NCBI GenBank assembly: GCA_031423355.1
Contig: JANPFJ010000012.1
Coordinates: forward strand, 7,640-71,639
Length of the DNA stretch: 64,000 bases
Direction of reading: 5' to 3'
Source of the DNA: Gemmatimonadaceae bacterium
Lineage (GTDB): Bacteria > Gemmatimonadota > Gemmatimonadetes > Gemmatimonadales > Gemmatimonadaceae
Shown: in pieces, positions 37,090 through 45,700 of the stretch
Layout: each line of letters begins with the position of its first letter
Numbering within the stretch: the first letter of the stretch is position 1
The notes under the pieces: generated by a model
What the model was told of the DNA's origin: nothing
The model's input: only the letters and a program-made list of their open reading frames with translations
Databases searched by the model: none
Program-made: the position numbers and the translations under genes

Positions 37090-38625
37090 GCGACGGACCA
37101 CCTGCACCGAATGCAGACGGTCTACGACGAGCGCTTCGCGCGCGAATTATGGTCCATGGCGCCCCGTCGTCACACAGGTCGCTGACAAGTCTCTCGCCTT
37201 CGGCGTGCTCGATCACGGGTTCGCGCGCATCCGCTGCGACGCGTGCACGCACGAGTATCTGCTGGCCTTCTCGTGCACGTGCCGCTCCTTCTGCCCGAGC
37301 TGTCACGCCAAGCGCCTCGCGATCTGGACCGAGTGGCTCGACACCAGACTCCTCGCGCCGGTTCCGCACCGGCCGGTGGTGCTCACCATCCCCAAGCGGC
37401 GCCGCGTCTACATGTCTTTACGGCCGCCGCCTGCTCGGCACGATCGCCCGCGTCGCCGCCCGCACCGTCACCGCCGCCATCCGCACACTGACGGGCGAGC
37501 GTGACTTCGCCGTCGGCATCGTGGCGTGCCTGCGGACGCATGGCTCCCGTGCGAACTGGCATCCGCATCTGCACCTCCTCGTGACCGACGGCGGGTTCCG
37601 GCCGGACGGGACCTTCGTGTCGTGGCCGGTGCACGATACTGCGCGCTTAACCGAGGCGTTTCGCCGCGTCGTGCTCCGGTTGTTCGTGCGGCTCGAACTC
37701 TTCGACGCAGATCAGGCCGCAGGCATGCCCATGTGGCCGCACTCCGGGTTCCATGCCCACACCGCCGTGTGGGTACCCGAGCTGGATCGCGCCTTCGCCA
37801 CCCGGCTCGCCCGGTTCTGCGCGCGGAGTCCCGTCGCGCTCGAGCGGCTGACATGCGACCGAGCCACCAAGGCGGTGATGTACCGGTCGGACGAGTCCTA
37901 GTGGCCAACGGCAGGCACCGAGACTGTGGACCCGCTGGAGTTCCTGACGCGCGTCCTTGTGCACATCCCGGACAAGCGACACGTCACCACGCGCTACTAC
38001 GGCTGGTACGCCAACCGCCCGCGGGGCATGCGGGGGAAGGCGGCGCCGGCAACCGCGGACCGGCCGCCCGCGATCGTTCCCGCACCACGACTCGCGCCCA
38101 CGGAGGACACCCGCCGGTGGGCAACCCTGCTCCAGCGCTCTTCGAGGTCGGCCCGCTTGCGTGGCCGACGTGTCGCGGGCCCATGCGGATCATCGCGTTC
38201 ATCACCCAGGCGTCGGTGATCGACCAGATGCTCACCCACCTCCGCTGCCGCGCGGCCCACGCCGGCGCGCGAAGTCCCCCCTCGACGCGGGCCCCGCAAG
38301 CCGAGGTGTGTCACGCGCCCTACGCCCGTCTGCCGCCGCCTGTACCGTCCCGTGAGTACGCCCCCCTCGCGCCCCGCGACCACGCGGGGCAGTTTGGAAC
38401 GCGCGGCCGTCCGAGCACCGCGTCACCGTCGTCCCAGCCAGCCCCCGGGCACCCGCTCGGCCCCCACGCCGAACGGCCCGCAAGGCACACGGCGCGCGCG
38501 GTGGCGGGTGCTCCGTCGCCCGTTCACGGGTGCTCGCAAGGCAAGGCAAGGCAAGGGACCGGGGCCTGTACTCAGCCCACCCCGATTGAAATTCCTATTC
38601 CCGTGAAATTCCTATCCCGACACAA
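37090..38625 (+). mobile_element. IS91-family (Y2, rolling-circle) insertion sequence, most complete copy; the transposase is a pseudogene
   Basis: The Zn-binding N-terminus is GFARIRCDACTHEYLLAFSCTCRSFCPSCHAKRL. The catalytic part is HPHLHLLVTDGGF...DPLEFLTRVLVHIPDKRHVTTRYYGWYANR. The reading frame changes at least 3 times and there is a TAG at 37899-37901. A (gcaag)x4 microsatellite lies at 38536-38555, and the end motif gattgaaattcctattcccgtgaaattcctatcccgac lies at 38583-38621. Confidence 0.8.
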
Positions 38626-38976
38626 CAAATATTCGGGCGCTCTTTCCGTCAGACTGGAGCAACGGAAACACGGACTGACCCGGAGCCATCAGAATTAGGT
38701 CCTCAATGACAGTCATCAAGCTTGACAAGCGATATTCGTTGCGGTCGCTCTTGTAAGTTTTGCACCAAGCGAACAAGTCGCGCGGAGGGTAGCGACCGGG
38801 CAATTTTGCCAGCCCGCCCTCTCGCGGCCCCACGCACGACTAAGATTTGATTTTTTGCCCATCTGGCCGCCGACCCGCCTTGAGAGAATTGAAGCGGCAC
38901 AAAGCCATCCGACGGATTGGTCGAGATGGAAAGGTAAAGTCCAGATGAACTTTGTACGACAGGAGAGTTTTTCGGT

Positions 38977-40041
38977 ATGTACCGACCATATATACCCACG
39001 TTGAACGGGTGGCGCGCCATTGCGGTTTCGCTAGTCATCGCGGCTCATTCCACGGTCATGCTTCAGAATAGCGGGACCAACATCGGGGCCAGAGCCGCCG
39101 CGATGTTTTCCCACGCGGGCATTGGCGTCGATATCTTTTTTGCTATCAGCGGCTTTTTGATATGCACGCTGCTGCTGAACGAGAAGAATCAGACGGGATC
39201 AATCGGGCTGAAAAGCTTCTACATTAGACGCACGTTCCGAATTCTACCACCGCTCTATGCGTATCTTGCGACTCTAACGGTGTTCCGGCTGAGCGGTCTG
39301 ATACCGGCCATCGAGCCCGGCGAAATACTGACATCTGCCCTGTTTGTGAGGAACTATTTCCCGGCAGGCTTTTGGTACACGGGACATTTTTGGACGCTCG
39401 CCATCGAAGAGCATTTCTACATTTTTGTGCCGATCGTCCTCTCCAGGCTTTCGAGGAAGGCGGGACTTAGGTTTGCGATTGCGGTTGCAGTCTGTTGCGC
39501 GCTTATACGTTGGGTAGAATTTGAATTTGTTTTCTCGGCAGAGAGAATGATTGAATTCAGAACAGAAGCTCGTATCGACGCTATCATGTACGGCGCGATA
39601 GGAGCTTTCCTTGTCTACCACTCCAGAGCAGCAGTCGAGCGCCACCTGACAGGCCTTCGGACAATCGGCATACTTATCGCAATCGTCTTAGCATGTTATT
39701 TTTTCCCTGCCATGCCCGTGCGACGTACTCTCATGGCCATGGCGATGCCTATCCCAATAGTCTTTACGGTCCTGCATGCGGAAACGGCGCTGGCCAAGAT
39801 ACTCGAACTGCGTCCAATTCAATGGATCGGCAGACTTTCGTACAGCTTGTACATCTGGCAGATGATGTTTTTGGTACCTTACGACCGGCCACTTGGAATT
39901 TTCCAGAGCTTTCCCATAGCATTTATCTGCGCTATCGCCTGTGCCGCTGGTAGTTATTATCTGATCGAGCGCCCGTCTATCAGGCTGGGGCACAGATTGA
40001 CACACGACGTCCACGTGTCAAAGCAAAACGCGGTCGCATAA
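38977..40041 (+). CDS. acyltransferase family 3 (OafA/YrhL-like O-acyltransferase) inside a low-GC insert
   Basis: YIPTLNGWRAIAVSLVIAAHS, about 10 TM spans, and WTLAIEEHFY. Local G+C is about 48-53% against about 68-70% in the flanks. Confidence 0.85.
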   Translation: MYRPYIPTLNGWRAIAVSLVIAAHSTVMLQNSGTNIGARAAAMFSHAGIGVDIFFAISGFLICTLLLNEKNQTGSIGLKSFYIRRTFRILPPLYAYLATLTVFRLSGLIPAIEPGEILTSALFVRNYFPAGFWYTGHFWTLAIEEHFYIFVPIVLSRLSRKAGLRFAIAVAVCCALIRWVEFEFVFSAERMIEFRTEARIDAIMYGAIGAFLVYHSRAAVERHLTGLRTIGILIAIVLACYFFPAMPVRRTLMAMAMPIPIVFTVLHAETALAKILELRPIQWIGRLSYSLYIWQMMFLVPYDRPLGIFQSFPIAFICAIACAAGSYYLIERPSIRLGHRLTHDVHVSKQNAVA

Positions 40042-40102
40042 GACGCCACCAGGATCAAGCCGCTTGGTCCAATAAGAGTGTCTAGTGGATTGTCTCTCAA
40101 GT

Positions 40103-40237
40103 TCATGTAGCACGGATCCGATGGGATGGATCACTGTACGCCCATCGGATCGGCTGGCAGGATTTGTTATGCAGGCGGATGTACTGCATCAGTTTCCGCC
40201 GCAGCTGACGTAGACGCGTGATCAGCGTGCCAACACT
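40103..40237 (-). pseudogene. IS630-family transposase, C-terminal ~40-codon relic
   Basis: SVGTLITRLRQLRRKLMQYIRLHNKSCQPIRWAYSDP matches the IS630/Tc1 transposase tail (..I..YI..HN....PF.W.Y). Confidence 0.55.
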
Positions 40238-41238
40238 GGCCGGTCCATCGACGCAAAGAAGTCCTTGAAGATTGCGTCGCGGTCGAAGTTCTCCCACAGG
40301 ACGATGCTGCGCTTGTTGTCCGGCCGGGCAATCCACTTGCTATCGACCAGGCGTGGCGCGGGAATGCGGACCGCATGTGCCCAGGCCGGATTCTTCACGA
40401 TCGCGACCGCCGCCATGTCGAACAACGCGCGCGCTGGCGGATCACCATTCAGATCGATGTGCTCGAACAGGTCGATCGAGTAATCGCCGAACGTCGTGAA
40501 CTGACCGCCGTGGCGACCGACGACAGGGTCTGATATCCGCGGACCCTTGCCCGGCATCCTCGACCTCATCTCCTCTCGCGTGACGCGCACCGCAGCCGTG
40601 CCCGGTGGTGTGCCACCCCAGCGCACCAGGACGACCTCGAATGGCACGTCCACGTCGAGGACGTACGAGAGCGCGCCCTCGTCGTTCTCCTGGTTGTATT
40701 CGCCGGGCTCAGGATAGTGGGAGCCGAGCCAGACGATTCGCACACGTGACGCGATCGACGGATCCTTCTTCAGCGCCAGCGCGACGTTGGTGAGCTTGCC
40801 GACCGCCAGCAGCACCAGCGGCCGCACGCTGGGATCATGCGCGCGCTGGATGATGAGATTCACCGCGGCAGCCCCGTCGAAAGTACTCTCACCAATGTGC
40901 GGAGCGATCTCGGCGAATGACCCATTGGCGCCGCGAATCACGCTGAACCGCTTCTCGAGGCCGGCGAGCTTCACGATCCGCTCGGCCTCCTTGGCCTGGC
41001 TTTCGACGTCGCCACCGCCGCGCGTGCGGTTGACGGTGATGCCGGCGACGTCGAACACGTCGCCGTTGAACAGCATGTAGGCGATGGCGTGCTGGTCATC
41101 AACCTCGTTGTTCGCATCGGTGTCGAGCAAGACGCGAATCCGTCCATCCTCGACGGTGCCACGCAGCGACGCGCACGCGGAGGCGAGCAAGAGAAGAAAG
41201 ACGGTTGTGATGCCGGTCGCTCGTCGTTGCGCAGTCAT
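40222..41238 (-). CDS. secreted nucleoside hydrolase (IUNH family)
   Basis: The start at 41236-41238 gives the signal peptide MTAQRRATGITTVFLLLLASACA. RVLLDTDANNEVDDQHAIAYML is the IUNH aspartate cluster. Confidence 0.8.
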   Translation of the reverse strand: MTAQRRATGITTVFLLLLASACASLRGTVEDGRIRVLLDTDANNEVDDQHAIAYMLFNGDVFDVAGITVNRTRGGGDVESQAKEAERIVKLAGLEKRFSVIRGANGSFAEIAPHIGESTFDGAAAVNLIIQRAHDPSVRPLVLLAVGKLTNVALALKKDPSIASRVRIVWLGSHYPEPGEYNQENDEGALSYVLDVDVPFEVVLVRWGGTPPGTAAVRVTREEMRSRMPGKGPRISDPVVGRHGGQFTTFGDYSIDLFEHIDLNGDPPARALFDMAAVAIVKNPAWAHAVRIPAPRLVDSKWIARPDNKRSIVLWENFDRDAIFKDFFASMDRPVLAR

Positions 41239-41456
41239 CCCATTTTTCCGAATGCCTTCGAGAGACATCGTATCAGTATCGCGTGAGCTGCCTTTGTCAG
41301 GCTGACTGCAGCCGCTGGCACATACGTCAGAACCAGGCGGGTTTCCTTGCGTAGAGAATCGCAGTCTTTTCGTTCCAGCGCCACTGGCGGTCTCGTATTT
41401 GATGCCGTGTCTCGTGACAGGATTCTCGGGAAAGGGAAGCACTGCTATTTCATCTC

Positions 41457-41800
41457 ACGTGGCCGGTGCACGATACTGCGCGCTTGACCGAGGCGTTTCG
41501 CCGCGCCGTGCGCCGGTTGTTCGTGCGGCTCGAACTCTTCGACGCAGACCAGGTCGCCGGCATGCTCTTCTGGCCGCATTCCGGGTTCCACGTGCACACC
41601 GCCGTCGGGGTCCCAGAGGACGATCGCACGTTCGCGACGCGCTTGGCGCCGACAGAGGCCGCCCGCCGGTGAGCGGCGCTCCTCCAGCAGATCTTCGAGG
41701 TCGACCCGCTGGCGTGTCCGTCCTGCTGGCGCGTCCGATTGGTCCCTGCCGGGATCGCCCCTCCCACCTGGACCGCCGTGCTCACGGCGCTCACAGCGCT
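41457..41800 (+). mobile_element. IS91-family transposase relic (internal fragment, direct repeat of 37617-38170 with deletions)
   Basis: WPVHDTARLTEAFRRAVRRLFVRLELFDADQVAGMLFWPHSGFHVHTAV..LLQQIFEVDPLACPSC. It shows near-identical nucleotide runs to 37617-37735. Confidence 0.8.
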
Positions 41801-42107
41801 CGAGCGCGATGGAAGGCGCGCCACCGGCCGTCCCGCGGCGCTGGCGTTGAGGTGAGCACGTATCGGCCGCACTCCGACTCTCGCAGACACTGCGTGCACA
41901 CTTGCCGCATGGCAACTGCCTCCGTCGTGCTGAGGGCACGCCCCTTCCTGAAAGCCAGCGGCGCCGCGAAGCGCTTCCGGTTAGCGTCAAACACGCCGGC
42001 GCGTGCGGGCAGCATCGGGCTGCGCAGGCGCCTCGCTGTTCGTCACCGCCGGATCGCAGGATGGTGGGGGAGATGCCCGCCAGCTAGCGACCCCCGAAGT
42101 TGTTTAG

Positions 42108-42325
42108 CATCACCGCCGCATTCCGTCGCAGCCCCGCCAGCTTCGACCGCTTCATCGGTAACTTCCGGAACGCCGCGCTGAGCGCGTCCGTAAGCTTCCC
42201 GCGCCCGGAACGGCGGATCGTCCACGAGTTCAACCGAGAACTTCACATTCCACGGACACACGCTCTGGGAGGTGTGTCCGTACAACCGTTTTGAGATCGT
42301 GCTTGCGACGGGCCTGCGAACGCTG
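42108..42325 (-). repeat. QueG-like dispersed repeat, long copy 4 (internal ~55-bp deletion)
   Basis: RRPVASTISKRLYGHTSQSVCPWNVKFSVELVDDPPFRARE...SPMKRSKLAGLRRNAAVML. It contains a perfect 9-bp-stem hairpin, cggacacac-N10-gtgtgtccg, at 42253-42280. Confidence 0.85.
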
Positions 42326-42382
42326 AACCCTGCCAACGCCTGACTTCGGGCCGTGCGCCACGATGCGGCACCCGCCGCACGG

Positions 42383-42796
42383 TCATTCCAGCAGCGCGCG
42401 CGTCCGTGCGAGAACCTGCGCGACCACGGCCGCCGGCAGTACCGCCGCGTGTTGAGCGTGCCGGGCTCGCCAGTCCAGACACTTCACCTGATCGGCGAAT
42501 GCCACGCCTTGGACCGGGCAGTCGGCAGGGAGTGTGACTTCGAATGGGTACCCTTTGGCCTTCGCGGTCACTGGCACGCAGAGCGCCCGACCCGTCGGTG
42601 CGTTGTAGCTGGCCGGTGAGAGCACCACGGCGGGCCGGCGACCCGCCTGCTCCCGGCCCGCCTGCTCCCGGCCCGCCTGCTCCCGGCCCGCCTGCTCCCG
42701 GCCCGCCTGCTCCCGGCCCGCCTGCGGATCGAACTCGAGCCAGACGACATCGCCACGGTCCGGCACCCACTCCACGACGACCGGTGGTGTCACCAC
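42383..42796 (-). CDS. mazF: MazF/PemK-family toxin with a 20-aa repeat expansion in the GxEQxGxRP loop
   Basis: VPDRGDVVWLEFDPQAGRE(QAGRE)x4QAGRRPAVVLSPASYN...CVPVTAKAKGYPFEV...FADQVKCLDW shows the MazF hallmarks apart from the expansion. Confidence 0.8.
   Translation of the reverse strand: MVTPPVVVEWVPDRGDVVWLEFDPQAGREQAGREQAGREQAGREQAGREQAGRRPAVVLSPASYNAPTGRALCVPVTAKAKGYPFEVTLPADCPVQGVAFADQVKCLDWRARHAQHAAVLPAAVVAQVLARTRALLE
42642..42725. repeat. 15-bp tandem repeat, cccgcctgctcccgg x5.6, in frame inside mazF
   Basis: Units start at 42642, 42657, 42672, 42687 and 42702, with a partial unit at 42717-42725. All full units are identical. Confidence 0.95.
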
Positions 42797-43020
42797 AGCT
42801 CGCCGCCACGTGGCACGTCATCCTCGTCGATGGCGGGGAGGTTCGCGGCGGTGATGCCGGCGACCAGTTCGGCCAGTGAGAGCACCGGGACGATCACCAG
42901 CTGGCCCTCCCGGATGGTCACGTCCACTTCGGCGCCCTCATGCAGGTGCGCGTCCTCGGCCAGCGCGCTCGGGATCCGCACCCCGAGGCTGTTGCCCCAC
43001 TTCCGGATTCTGGTCCGCAT
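42790..43020 (-). CDS. mazE: MazE (AbrB/SpoVT-type) antitoxin
   Basis: Starts at ATG 43018-43020. MRTRIRKWGNSLGVRIPSALAEDAHLHEGAEVDVTIREGQLVIVP is a canonical MazE. It overlaps mazF by 7 nt. Confidence 0.85.
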   Translation of the reverse strand: MRTRIRKWGNSLGVRIPSALAEDAHLHEGAEVDVTIREGQLVIVPVLSLAELVAGITAANLPAIDEDDVPRGGELW

Positions 43021-43419
43021 CGGCGCCTCCCTTTGGTATACACATAGTATATCCGGCGGACGCTGCGTCCGCCAGCTAGGGATGGCGCGCACTGCGAGAC
43101 AGCGACGAATGCGACATCCGGCAGCCGCACCGCCGTCGTGCGCGAGGTGCTCGGTCCCGACGCCGGCCAAGTCCGAGGAGCTAGTCGATTCTGAGAGATG
43201 GATGTCGAACGCGACCATGTATAAGGATTGCGCCATGGCGCGTTCGTCACGCGAGCCTCTCGACTTCTACGAACTGCTGCAGGAATGCCGCTCAGCCGCA
43301 ATTGGCCTCGGTCGGCGCGGGGTCGACCACGGGCGGCGTCTTCGGCGGCACGCGCTCCGAATGGGGGGAAATCAAGACCTGGTTTCGCTTCAGTGGTGCC
43401 GCGGCGGTGCGTGCATGCG

Positions 43420-43540
43420 ACGGGGCGAGGTCGCGCCGTCGCCTGCACACCGGTTCACTCGCGAGGCGGGGGACCGAAGCCAATACTCAGCACGCCCTGA
43501 TTGAGATTCCTTTCCCGAAATTCCTCTCCCGACTGCAAGC
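43420..43540 (+). mobile_element. solo 3' end relic of the IS91-family element
   Basis: ggggaccgaagccaatactcagcacgccctgattgagattcctttcccgaaattcctctcccgac is parallel to 38555-38621. No transposase coding sequence is attached. Confidence 0.65.
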
Positions 43541-43583
43541 CAGCCGAACAGGCCAAGCGCCTTGAACGTGCGTGCTCTGGGCG

Positions 43584-44117
43584 TCATCGCGTCGGGTCGT
43601 GTGTCGCGGAGGGCTTTGCTGGTGACTTCTTCACGGGCGACTTCATGGCGGTCTTCGTCGCGGTCTTCGTGGCGGTCTTCGTGGCGGTCTTCGTGGCGGT
43701 CTTCGTGGCTGTCTTCGTCGTGGGTCGCGCGGCCGCGGAAGTGGTGGACGTCCGCGCCGGTGTCTTCGCGGCTGTCCCTGCCGATGCCTTCGATTTCGCT
43801 GGCGCCTTCGCCTTGGGCGTCGGCATCGCCTCGGCTGTCAGGAGCAAGACTCGCTGGAGCAGTTCACGGTCGTCGAGCTGCTCGGTGATGCAGAAGTGTG
43901 GCTTGGCACCCGGATAGGGCGGCTGCAGGTCGACCACACCAAGCAATGCGGCTCCCATGGGTGTCGGCTTCACGAACAACGTGTCATCACAGACGAGTGC
44001 GGCGACCTTGCCATCCACGTAGAGCGCATACTCACCGAACATCTTCCGGGCAGTGATGCGCTGCGCGAGGCCGGACTGCGCACAGATGAAATCGACGGTT
44101 TGCGGGGTTGTGGCCAT
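43584..44117 (-). CDS. TfoX/Sxy N-terminal-domain protein with a Lys/Ala/Thr-rich histone-H1-like tail
   Basis: ITARKMFGEYALYVDGKVAALVCDDTLFVKPT is a TfoX_N motif. The tail is PKAKAPAKSKA...(TKTA)x6...KSPVKKSPAKP. Confidence 0.75.
   Translation of the reverse strand: MATTPQTVDFICAQSGLAQRITARKMFGEYALYVDGKVAALVCDDTLFVKPTPMGAALLGVVDLQPPYPGAKPHFCITEQLDDRELLQRVLLLTAEAMPTPKAKAPAKSKASAGTAAKTPARTSTTSAAARPTTKTATKTATKTATKTATKTATKTAMKSPVKKSPAKPSATHDPTR
43647..43718. repeat. 12-bp tandem repeat, (g/c)gc(g/t)gtcttcgt x6, in frame in the TfoX tail
   Basis: Units start at 43647, 43659, 43671, 43683, 43695 and 43707. They encode (TKTA)x6 on the minus strand. Confidence 0.95.
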
Positions 44118-44189
44118 GCGCTACAAAGTAGGGCCTCTCGTGCCTATCCGGAATTCGAGTGACCACCGATTCCCGCCGCTGAGCGCCGC

Positions 44190-44510
44190 TCACACGCGAA
44201 TCGTCTCCCTGAACACACGCGACGCCTGGTACGAATCCGCGCCGTTGTGATACACGAACACCGTATCGTACCGCCGGTCGCAGCGGAACGCGCCGCCACG
44301 CGCGCGAATGCTGGACGGAGTCTGCACCCAGCTCGACGTCTTGCGGTCGCACTCGCCACGCAGCTGCAGCGCGCGGCTCTGTTCCTCACGCAGCAGGTCG
44401 ATGCCCATCGTCGACGCCGTCTCGACGGCATGATGACATCGAGCGACTTCGTACGCGCTGCGCACCACGGTGCGAAATGCTCTGCACACGGCAAAGGGCC
44501 ACCACGTCGA
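44190..44510 (-). pseudogene. DUF4256-family protein, C-terminal ~100 aa only, fused in frame to a QueG-like repeat
   Basis: AVCRAF...ASTMGIDLLREEQSRALQLRGECDRKTSSWVQTPSSIRARGGAFRCDRRYDTVFVYHNGADSYQASRVFRETIRV resembles the DUF4256 tail as I remember it (TSSWVKTP..IR.LGGA.FCDRRY..VFVYHNGA.SY). The N-terminal half is missing. Confidence 0.55.
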
Positions 44511-44535
44511 ACCGTAATGGCGTCTACGCTCATTG

Positions 44536-44800
44536 TTGAGCACGACCACTGCATTCCGCCTGAGCCCCGCCAACTTCGCCCGCTTCATCGCGACTTCCTG
44601 AACGCCGCGCTGAACTGCTCCTGATCGCGCGCCAGGATCTCAGTCGCCAGTGTCACCCCGTCCTTCCCCGTGATGAACTCCCGCGCCCGAAACGGCGAAT
44701 CGTCCGGCAATACCTGCGAGAACTTACCATTCCATGTACACACACTCTGGGCGATGTGTCGGTATACCCGTTTTGAGATCGTGCTCGCGACCGGTGGCCG
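44536..44800 (-). repeat. QueG-like dispersed repeat, long copy 5
   Basis: RPPVASTISKRVYRHIAQSVCTWNGKFSQVLPDDSPFRAREFITGKDGVTLATEILARDQEQFSAAFRKSRMKRAKLAGLRRNAVVVLNN. Confidence 0.85.
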
Positions 44801-44820
44801 AACTCCTGGAAATGCCTAAG

Positions 44821-44850
44821 TCGTGGGTTCGATTCCTTTTTCCGGCACCA
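44821..44850 (+). other. tRNA- or tmRNA-like 3' stub (T-loop plus GCACCA end), a possible att remnant
   Basis: tcgtgGGTTCGATTCCtttttccgGCACCA has a canonical T-loop and a discriminator-CCA-like end. No complete cloverleaf can be built upstream. Confidence 0.35.
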
Positions 44851-45226
44851 CGCCAGACAGCACTGCGATAGCAACGACGGTGAATGAGCCGTTTCAAGCA
44901 AGAGCCCAAGCCAAGGGGGCTTTCGTTTCTTGCGCTACCTCGCGCTGTGGTGCGGTTTGCTGCGGCGGCGCCACCTCAATCTTTTTGTCGAGGTCATTCC
45001 AGCCTGTCTGCAGTCGAGCATCTTCTTCGTCAAGTCCTTTCGTCGGCCATGGCCGTATCCCTTGCGTCTGGATCGAAATGATGGGGATGCAGGCGCGATC
45101 CAGTCTGTCGCTGCTCTCGCCCATCGTGCGGATACGCACAGTGGCCCGGCAGCATCTGAATGCCCGAAATCGCCCGCTGCCACCGAAGTCCTTTACAGTT
45201 TATATAAGCTGTTATATGATGGAGCC

Positions 45227-45691
45227 ATGAAACCGGGACTCGGCACCCAACTCGCCCACCTGCTCGAACAACTCGATAGCGCTGTGCAGGCGGCGTACAC
45301 CAGCGCGGGGCTCACGATGCGGCCGCGTTATACGCCGGTGATTCGCGCGCTGATCGAACACGAGCCCTCCATGATCGGCCAGATCGCTGCAATGGCTGGT
45401 ATCTCCCAACCGGCGGCGACGCAGACGATTGCACTGATGGTGAAAGACGGCCTGATCTCGTCGACGGCAGGTCCCGACGATGCCCGACAACGCCTGATCC
45501 GGTTTACCCAAAAAGGGCGGGATCTGCTGCCTGAAATACAGACCACCTGGGCGGCAACGAAGCAAGCCGCCGACAGCCTCGACAACGACCTGCGCCTGCC
45601 CTTGTCGGACGTGCTGGCGGAGGCCATCGCGGCCCTCGAAAAGAAATCGTTTGAACAACGCATATCCGCGGCACGCACGCGTCGTCCCTGA
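45227..45691 (+). CDS. MarR-family transcriptional regulator
   Basis: PRYTPVIRALIEHEPSMIGQIAAMAGISQPAATQTIALMVKDGLISS...DARQRLIRFTQKGRDL is a MarR winged HTH. An AT-rich palindrome (tttatataagctgttatat) lies just upstream. Confidence 0.85.
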   Translation: MKPGLGTQLAHLLEQLDSAVQAAYTSAGLTMRPRYTPVIRALIEHEPSMIGQIAAMAGISQPAATQTIALMVKDGLISSTAGPDDARQRLIRFTQKGRDLLPEIQTTWAATKQAADSLDNDLRLPLSDVLAEAIAALEKKSFEQRISAARTRRP

Positions 45692-45700
45692 GCGGTGAGT

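Noticed and set aside
42642-42725. The perfect 15-bp repeats (and the 12-bp repeats at 43647-43718) as a CRISPR array.
   Set aside because: The units are directly tandem with no spacers, far shorter than CRISPR repeats, and lie in frame inside recognisable genes. No cas genes are present.
44796-44850. A complete tRNA gene ending in GCACCA.
   Set aside because: Only about 55 nt are available between a possible acceptor 5' strand and the CCA. The T-stem pairs poorly (GTGGG/CCTTT), and no D-arm or anticodon arm can be drawn. It is kept only as a possible 3' stub.
44894-45139. Minus-strand ORF next to the tRNA-like stub as an integrase remnant (string ARLQTGWNDLDKKIEV).
   Set aside because: The similarity to the integrase L-x-x-TG-x-R-x-x-E-x-x-x-L-x-W-x-D motif is only a few residues. 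No catalytic R-H-R-Y context is visible, so I cannot support the call by eye.
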